Positions 55,150-64,000 of a stretch of DNA of 64,000 bases are shown piece after piece. How positions within the stretch are numbered: the first letter of the stretch is position 1; each line of letters starts with the position of its first letter. The notes beneath the pieces were generated by a model that did no database searches, was not told the DNA's origin, and saw only the letters and a list, made by a program, of their open reading frames with translations. The DNA is from Eledone cirrhosa. Lineage: Eukaryota. The translations under genes and the position numbers were made by a program. The stretch lies in NCBI GenBank assembly GCA_964016885.1, contig OZ024755.1, forward strand, positions 11,470,001-11,534,000. Reading direction: 5' to 3'.

Positions 55150-55805
55150 ACATACTTGGGACAATGAGTAATATATACACATATATACATACATAAGACA
55201 CACACACACACACACACACACGGGATAGGTGAACCACACATATATACATATATGGGACAATGAATAACACACACACATGGGACAGGTGAACTACACATAT
55301 ATACATATATGGGACAATGAATAACACACACACATGGGACAGGTGAACTACACATATATACATATATGGGACAATGAATAACACAGACACACGCATATAT
55401 ACACATATGGGACGATGAATAACAGACACACACACACACATACATACATGAGATAGGTGAACCACACATATGTACATATATGGGACAATGAACACACACA
55501 CACATACTTGGGACAGGTGAACCACACATATACACATATATGGGACAATGAACACACACACACATACTTGGGACAGGTGAACCACACATATATACATATA
55601 TGGGACAATGATTAACAGACACACACTCACACATACATACATACATGAGATAGGTGAACCACACATACATACATATATGGGACAATAAATAACACACACA
55701 CACACACATACATGAGATAGGTGAACCACACATACATACATATATGGGACAATACATAACACACACACATACTTGGGACAGGTGAATCACACACATGGGA
55801 CAAGT
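55150..55805. repeat. Degenerate tandem repeat of about 55-75 bp with variable (CA)n
   Basis: Recurrent GGGACAGGTGAACCACACATAT..ATGGGACAATGAA. Confidence 0.9.
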
Positions 55806-55988
55806 AAACGGCATGCTTCAGAAAATCGATGACTATATATACATACATGAGAACAGTCATTGATCGCGTGATAAAATACACTGTGTGTATATATATATAT
55901 ATATATACACACATATTTACATTATTCTATGTACTATACATGCACCTTTGATGAGTTGTAGTGCACCTGAGCACTGTACACAATAATT

Positions 55989-56020
<32 letters not shown>

Positions 56021-56136
56021 TATAGTACCACACACACATGCATATATATATATATATATAACGGACATGCAAGTGCTCATAATGCGTACTACGTCTTACA
56101 CATTTATAAAATATGAACAAAATGTACCGTACACAC

Positions 56137-56191
<55 letters not shown>

Positions 56192-56292
56192 CTCTTACCT
56201 GTTCCAGCCATCCGGCTGAGGCCACGCTGGGGCATATATATATATATATACACATACACACACACACACACATTGAAACGTGTACACGTACA

Positions 56293-56478
56293 CAGTATCG
56301 GTAGAGGGTCGGACGCCATGCTTTGACGTATAGAGTTACGGCCCTTGCCATTCTGAGTTCAAATCCCGCCGAAGTTAACTGTGCCTCCTTTCATTCTTAC
56401 GGGGTCGATAAAATAAAGTACCAGTAATGCACTGGGGTATTTGCTGGCCTTGTGCCAAAAGTAGAAACAATTATTATT
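56293..56478 (+). mobile_element. SINE family 1
   Basis: Matches the family consensus. Confidence 0.88.
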
Positions 56479-56667
56479 GCAACTACATAAATATCCTACA
56501 AGCATGAAACCGTATACACACACACATTGACAAAACATAGTGGGGGCTTAATATATACATACATACGCATAACTACAAACATATCTTTCTCTGTAGCTGA
56601 ATGATATATACCTACCTACCTACCCAGATATTCTAAACACACAGTCACATAGGCATAACTATCAGTT

Positions 56668-56723
<56 letters not shown>

Positions 56724-56888
56724 TATATATATATATAAATATATATAATATAAATATATATAATATAAATATATATAAATATATATAATATAAATATATA
56801 TAATATAAATATATATAATATAAATATATATAATATAAATATATATAAATATATATAATATAAGATCAAAAGATGGTTAAAGGAGTTC

Positions 56889-56973
56889 CATGTATTTTAT
56901 TATGCGCATTTCAAAAACAAACATCATCATGCAATAATATTTGTGTTTTCATCAGATAAAACAGGAGAACATG
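56889..56973 (-). ncRNA. Minimal type I hammerhead ribozyme (left arm of palindrome)
   Basis: Reverse complement of 57093-57177. Confidence 0.8.
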
Positions 56974-57092
56974 ATATGAAGGCTAAAAAACACTTGTGGA
57001 TAGTGCAGTTTTAAATCAACATTTATGTTTTAAATCACCTGATATGTTGATTTAAAACTGCACTATCCACAAGTGTTTTTTAGCCTTCATAT

Positions 57093-57177
57093 CATGTTCT
57101 CCTGTTTTATCTGATGAAAACACAAATATTATTGCATGATGATGTTTGTTTTTGAAATGCGCATAATAAAATACATG
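57093..57177 (+). ncRNA. Minimal type I hammerhead ribozyme (right arm of palindrome)
   Basis: Stem I TGTTTTAT/ATAAAATA plus CATG/CATG beyond a bulge. CTGATGA 57111-57117; long stem II CAAATATTAT/ATGATGTTTG; GAAA 57154-57157; palindromic stem III ATGCGCAT; AUA triplet. Confidence 0.8.
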
Positions 57178-58164
57178 GAACTCCTTTAACCATCTTTTGA
57201 TCTTATATTATGTATACTCCAGTCCTACAAACTGTAGAGTGCTTCTTATCCGATATCTGCATTGCTTTATTGTACTACAATAAAACTCACCTCCTACATA
57301 TAAATATATATATATATATGCATACACATACACACAAACTGATAGTTATGCCTTTTACAACATAGACGATATATACAGGCCTACTACATACATAGTGGCG
57401 AATAAGTTTACGTTAACACCCACACAAACTAACATTCACACCTTAACAACACAGGCATCAACACCTTTACAACACATTACATATATTCACACACAAATAC
57501 CTTCCTTCGACACCACCACCACCATCATACACACTCACACACGGTGTGACTGACATCTTCACAACATTACTATGTACACACTTTGTAAGACAAGACTGAC
57601 ACCTTCACAAGATAATACTATACACATTCATAGATACATACATAGTCAAACTGACATTCATAGCTTTTCAGCATATATTTATATATGTATATCTATACCT
57701 CCATACACACCCGCACGTGCAAGTAACAGATGGGAGGTTGTTGCCGTATTACTAGATAGAAATACTACAACTTATCGTCCCGGGACATGTGATATACCAA
57801 CTTACTACTGTTACTACTACTGTTACAACTACTATTACTACAATTAGTAATGTGTACTGCTATTAGTCTTAGTCGTTACTACATGTGTGCTTTAATTGAT
57901 AGCAGCACCAATACCTCCACCAGTACATTTACTATTACTGCTACCACCAGTTTCATGTATTGGAGGGTCCGAGAAACGATAGACACGTGCGTTCTCTCAT
58001 GTATGTATGATATATATATATATAAATATATATATATATGTGTGTGTGAGGGAGGGAGAATAAGCGTATATATATATATATGAAAACATATACAATCATT
58101 ATGTATAATAAATACACACAAACATACATAAGTCTCGCTGTGAATATTTAAAGATGTGATCATG

Positions 58165-58204
<40 letters not shown>

Positions 58205-58398
58205 GTTAGTACAGCATTAACGAAGCTTTAGATCGCGGCCAAGCTAACGAATGCAAATTCGGCCTGTAGCTTTAGCACTCGGATGGGTAGGTACCCCAGA
58301 GTAATAACAATACGTTTAGAGAGCTTAGCAAATCAAATATAGCGATCGGCAGTCCAGCCGCATCACTAGAGCAACGAACATACAGGACCCAGGAAAAG

Positions 58399-58459
<61 letters not shown>

Positions 58460-58944
58460 TGAAGAGTGGCGAATGTATTATGCACTGGTGTACATAATAA
58501 TAATGATTTAATCGTTTATAGCGGACAATGTTATATTTTCGAGGACTTGGTAATTATGCCTACAAAACACTTTATACGTATTCCGAGATACACCAACGTC
58601 CCCGGGTCCTAGGGAGCCTGTCAGTTATTTTTATATATTCATTTCTTTTTTTTTTTTTTTTGCTGTGGTGAGATTAAAGATTAAAGTGACAGAAGGGATC
58701 CGAAGTACCTGAAATCAAAAAGCCCGGGGCATTGTTTAACACCGCCCAGCCATACATGAGAACATCATTGGTTATTTTATCGAGCCGACCATAGTGATAT
58801 TTAGACCGACAACGTGAAAGGGACGTTAAATGAATACGCCAAGTCAATGAAACTTAAGTTACACAACAGATAAGGGAAAAAAAACTAGATCCTTTATGGT
58901 GGCTGGTGGTAACAGCAAATGTGTAGTGTTGAGTGTGTTTAGCG

Positions 58945-58987
<43 letters not shown>

Positions 58988-59236
58988 TAAACAAAAAAGA
59001 TTTCAGAGATTCTAATCCTAAACATATGCATGTGTGTGTGTGTATATATATATATCCGGGGTTGTGTGCACATGTATCATATGACTGTATTATTAGTGAT
59101 TGCACCCATGTGTGTGACTACTATTATAGCGGCTGTTATATACATACGTGTATAAATATATGTAAAATAACCGTATATCCATCAATAAAGTCTATTTGAA
59201 AATGTTACTGGAAAAAGTGGAAGACTATCTCTCTGT

Positions 59237-59287
<51 letters not shown>

Positions 59288-59320
59288 GTGTGTCTGTATG
59301 TATGTGTGTGATTCCACCGT

Positions 59321-59352
<32 letters not shown>

Positions 59353-59580
59353 TTGGCCGGCGTAAGTACGGTAACAACAACAATATGTGTTTGTTAAAAG
59401 CTGGCAGTGGAAGTAAATGAAAAAATATCAATAATAATACGCGAGAGAGAAAGAAAAATTAGGTACTATGATAAGAAAAAACAGTGAAAGAACGAAAGAA
59501 GACAGGCGTTTTTTAATCTTTCTATTTCGCTGTCCGGTGTAAAAGGAAAAATGGTCCTTCTCTGTCCCGAGAAAACTTAC

Positions 59581-59728
59581 CTGATCCAGTAATGAGTACA
59601 GTCTCCCCTGAAACATCCTTGGCATAGAAAGATCCTGGTAGGATGGCCCGTATAATTCCTTCCAGTAGGTAATAAAAAAAGGCCAAAATTGTTAGAATAA
59701 TTTCCTTTACGAAATCCCAGTCGACCAT
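59581..59728 (-). CDS. First coding exon of a short-chain dehydrogenase/reductase, SDR16C family (RDH10 / SDR16C5 / HSD17B11-like)
   Basis: Translates MVDWDFVKEIILTILAFFYYLLEGIIRAILPGSFYAKDVSGETVLITGS(G). It has an N-terminal hydrophobic anchor and KxVxGExVLITG leading into the Rossmann TGxxxGxG motif. Start context is ACGATGG, and a canonical phase-1 donor TCAG|GTAAGT follows 59581. Confidence 0.9.
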
Positions 59729-61112
59729 CGTGGAGGAGTGAGTTTGTATGCCTGGTTATTAATTTGTAAATAATATATATATTTTTTTAATCCGAGATAA
59801 TACGGTTTCGTTTTACGCAGATGTATGTTTGTGTGTATTTTCTCTTCTATGTACGTTTCTAATGATAATTATTCTTCGCCTTTCATATATATATATATAT
59901 ATGTGTGTATATATTTCTTTCGTCCACTCCCTTCAATGTATTTGAATTAATTTTCAACTTCTGTAAAATAAAATTTTAAATAAATTAAATAAAGAGTATT
60001 TGTTGAATGTATATATGTGTGTGTGAGGATGTTGGTGTTTATAGGACGTCCGGGTGTGTCACAGATGGTCAGATATCTATCTATAAATATATATATATAT
60101 ATAAATATATATATATACACACACACGGTTAAAGTCTGCGGGATATTATGAGGTAGGGGTTCATGTATATAATAGAAAAAAATTATATAAACAATTCAGA
60201 TGAAAAATATATAATTTCGGACGTCAGAAAATCCCCGGGCATTTGGCGGAATACATATATTTATTTATTTATACACACAATAAATATATGTATGTATATA
60301 TATTTATATTAAATAAAATATATTATCTACCAGATGATTGCATTATATGAGGATATCCATTCAAACAATTATATAATGTGGTCAGCGTCGGAAAAGAATG
60401 TTTTAATTTGTTGTTATTGTTTAAGGTCCTATGTCGAAAAGGAAGTCGTGTTGTATTGTAACAGATGAGGGCAAGATAAAGTTTTTTTTCTTCTTGCTCG
60501 CTTTTCTTTCATACATTATATATCTATCAATTAATTTATCATTTGTAATTGTTTTCGACTACTACTTCTACTACTATTTCTGGTCATTGTTGTTGTCGTT
60601 GCCATCATCGTTGTATAATAGGTTTGTTTTTATGCCAAGTTTTGTTGGGACTTCACAGGACGAACGAAAGTGCTTTTTCGTCTCTTTCTGTTTTTATACC
60701 TCATTTCTCAATGTTGTCAGTTTCTCTCTCACACACACAGACCGACAGACACACAGAAGATATACACACATTTACTTTCTTTTTTCTTTCTTTCTTCCTT
60801 TCCTTGCTTCAAGCACTGCAGAGGCAAGAGAAGTGTGTGTGTATGGAGAAAGCAATATTTTTTTTTTTCTTCCCTACTATTTTCCTTGATTAGATTTTAC
60901 GTTCATACTCACAAACGCACACATTCTTTTCTTCTTTTACGAGTTCTACTCACTAGACTGCGACCATGCTGGGGCACTACATTGAAAAGATCATATCGGC
61001 TCCAGTACTTATTTATTAATATTTTTCTGAAGTGTGATACTTATTTCACCCCCACTAAGTTAGGGGACAACAACATGAAAAGTAAACACACACACACGTG
61101 TGAGAGAGACAG

Positions 61113-61290
61113 AAAAGATTCAGGACCCCGACGGCTGAGCTCCGGCCGTTTCGACAACTAGATCCGAACTAAGTTCGTGTCTAGTTGTCAGGGGTCCTGA
61201 CTCTTTTCATATTACCTACTCTACTACCCCAAGTATCGAGTACTCTGGTGGGTTATGGTCCACCAGGTATTATACCACACCCTTTCTGAT
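61113..61290. mobile_element. Diverged family A fold-back copy
   Basis: TCAGGACCCC..GGGGTCCTGA and GACAACTAGA..TCTAGTTGTC inverted pairs, followed by the ACTCTACTACCC..GAGTACTCTGGTGGGTTATGGTCCA body. Confidence 0.75.
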
Positions 61291-62201
61291 TATATATAAG
61301 TTCTCCCAAAAGGTATTAATAAACGCGAGTCTATAGTATCGAAGACACTTACCAGGCAATGCGATCAAGTACGAATATATACTCGTTTTTTTTTGTGTGA
61401 TTTTGTAAGAAGTAAAAAAAAATAATAAAAAGATTAATAAAAGGTAAATTAAGCTACCAGCGAGTCGTGGTCTACTATTGTATTTGTGACTCGGTTTCGG
61501 TCCCAGTTTGGATCTAGTTCAAACTTACTCGAGAAAAAACAAACTTTTTAACCATCCCTTCATAAAATTCACGCTGTCCCCACCTACCCTAATATGTTTA
61601 ATCAGTGAAATAACAGACAGCGTTCAGTTTTTTTTAAGGAATGGATGGTGAAATGAAAAGAGAGGAAATAATTTAGATTACTAATTTTTAAAATAATATT
61701 ATTACTTAATTAATTAAATTAATTAAATATGTAACCGGCAAATATATATAGGTTAATGTGTTAGTGGAGCTTTCTCCGACACAATGAACCAGTTGTACTT
61801 GAAAATTTGAAATTGAACCAATATCGATTAATAACGTTTCTTTTTCTTTTCTTTCTTTTCAACAGTATTGGCACGAAGCTACGATATTCCATGTAGTTAT
61901 GTGTCAGTAATATTATTAGTACTAGTGATGGACCTTCGTCGGTAACGACGATAAGTGTTCAACATCCTTAATTTAGTTCTCGGGAAGAGTCAACATGACA
62001 CAGTGTGTGTGGTGGGGATAAGGTTGACCGTTTGAATTACGTATAGTCCACTCGACGGGCTTCGAAGTGTTTTCCGCCTACCAAATTCCATTCACAAGGC
62101 TGGTAAATGACCCCCCCCCCCACACACACACACTGTATCGTCCTCTTTAATGTCACCTTAATATGAGCCCCGTGTGGCTAATAAAGAAAATATTATTAAT
62201 A

Positions 62202-62902
62202 ATAATTGTTTCTACTTTTGGCACAAGGCCAGCAAATATCCAGTGTATTACTGGTACTTTATTTTATCGACCCCGTAAGGATGAAAGGCAAAGTTAACCT
62301 CGGCGGGATTTATTATTATTAATAATAATAAAAATAATAAGGTTAGTTAAAAAAATATTAGACCAGCCCCCTTTTTTGGAACACCCCAAAAGCCATACCT
62401 ACTGGGAACAGCAAGGGACCCTCCGATACGTCCTGAATTTGAGGCTGCAGGTAGCGGCTTGATGCTCATTAGGGAACAGTTTCCGTTTAAATAACATCTA
62501 TGACTGAGATATCAAAGTAATAATTGTTTCTACATTTGGCACAAGGCCAGCCATTACCCAGTACATTACTGGTACTTTATTTTATCGACCCCGTAAAGGA
62601 TGAAAGGCAAAGTTAACCTCGGCGGGATTTGAACTCAGAATGGCAAGGGCCGTAACTATATACGTCAAAGCATGGCGTCCGACCCTCTACCGATACTGCT
62701 GATTTCTAGTATAGGCACAAGGGACAGTAATTTGGAGGGAGACAAAGACGATTAAATCGACCCCAGTGCGCTACTGGTACTTTATTTTATCGGACCCCGT
62801 AAGGATGAAAGGCAAAGTTAAACTCGGCGGGATTTGAACTCAGAACGTAAAGGACCGTAACTCTATGCTGCAAAGCATTGTGTCTAACGCTCAATAATAC
62901 TG
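62202..62902 (-). mobile_element. SINE family 1 cluster (three copies)
   Basis: Reverse complement of the family consensus. Confidence 0.85.
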
Positions 62903-63488
62903 AGGTACAGTTTCAAAAATATTTCGATATTTTAACATTATATATATCTACATATATATATATATAATCGATATTGGTGGTGTAGTTGAAACAAAATCAA
63001 AACAAAGGAAAGGCACAGATTGTAAGAATAATCATTGAGAAGGGGACAGAGTGTGTGATGAAAGATTTGACGATGAAATAATCGGGTTATTAAACTAATC
63101 GATGAATGGATTAGTTTCTTAAATAATGATGATAAAGACCGAATTGAAAATCACCTGGTGCGTGTATTTTTGTTGGCAGCCCGACTCTCCCGAACTATAT
63201 TAACTTTTTCATCACACAATTTCAAATGCATTTTGCAAGAATAAATATATATATATATATTTATTAAAATAACAGATTAAAGTTTAAGCAAAGAATCGCT
63301 GCTTTCACCCTTAACGGGATCTTCTGAAACTCGATTCAACTCGATTCTTTGCTTAAACTTTAATCTGTTATTTTAATAAATATTTGCTCTACGGTTCTTA
63401 TATATTTGATATATATTTATCCTTATCGAGCCCTCTTTGGATTTTAGTCTTCAAATTTATTATTATTACTATATATATATATATATAT

Positions 63489-63751
63489 AATTCACAAGAA
63501 TCAAAGCTATGTTCAAAGCATTTATTCACTTACAATTGTTTCATCCAAACGAAATGCTTTGAACATAGCTTTGATTCTTGTGAATTCTCTATAACTGCTC
63601 TGTAGAACAACTGATGTTATTACATTGAGCTATTTATCTTACTGGTAATAAGGTAGTAATAAATTACTGTCTTTCACTGTTTAGGGTTTAAAATATAAAT
63701 AACTACAAAAATTTTTAGTATATACATAACCATAAATAGTATCCTTAATAT

Positions 63752-63753
<2 letters not shown>
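63489..63753 (+). mobile_element. Family B second copy (fold-back with internal deletion)
   Basis: Same AATTCACAAGAATCAAAG start and same ATAACTGCTCTGTAGAACAACTGATG body as 8744-9390. Confidence 0.75.
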
Positions 63754-63793
<40 letters not shown>

Positions 63794-64000
63794 AACACCC
63801 ACACACATATATACACACTCATATGTGTGTGTAAATATATTGCTTGCACAAGAGTGATTTTTCAGACCAACACCTCCGCCATCACCACACACGCGTACAC
63901 CGAAAAACAAGCCCCCGGTCCCTGCCTGCTTATATTAACCGACCTGTTGTGGGATGAATAAACGCAAAGTTGATCTTAAAGGAGAGGGTAGGAATTGAAC

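Larger units (their letters stand above)
56855..57211. repeat. Inverted repeat with 168-bp arms and a 21-bp spacer (Penelope-like terminal-repeat fold-back)
   Basis: Arms 56855-57022 and 57044-57211 are reverse complements with no mismatch seen. The left end abuts a TA-rich tract, and each arm carries an HHR. Confidence 0.9.

Noticed and set aside
58670-58715. Minus-strand acceptor TTTCAG|GT as SDR exon 2
   Set aside because: Reads GTSDPFCHFNL-stop and does not complete TGxxxGxG.
60431-61161. Overlapping plus-strand ORFs upstream of the SDR exon
   Set aside because: T-rich low-complexity translations with no domain.
61140-61200. Apparent complete hammerhead on the minus strand (CCCCTGACAAC...)
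   Set aside because: The core reads CTGACAA, not CUGANGA, and is better explained as a deletion junction in the palindrome arm.

Overview
Eukaryotic, AT-rich, repeat-dominated DNA with no prokaryotic features. The SINE families, (TA)n/(CA)n/(GA)n density and RTE relics suggest an octopus/cephalopod genome (inference). Nearly all listed ORFs are translated microsatellites. One clear coding exon is present: the first exon of a minus-strand SDR16C-type short-chain dehydrogenase (RDH10/SDR16C5/HSD17B11-like, 59581-59728). I found no further SDR exon, so most of the window may be its first intron. On the opposite strand is a candidate two-exon gene for a small secreted, propeptide-like protein (27749-27909 + 30600-30783). 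The most notable signal is a set of minimal type I hammerhead ribozymes (HHRs) of the Penelope-like kind: four with intact cores (4121, 52089, 56889, 57093) plus decayed ones. Several short element families sit in (TA)n tracts as fold-back palindromes, and in several the axis falls in the ribozyme's own stem II or stem III hairpin. The window also holds many tRNA-derived SINEs, MITEs and minisatellites. All structures and alignments were made by eye, and repeat boundaries are approximate.
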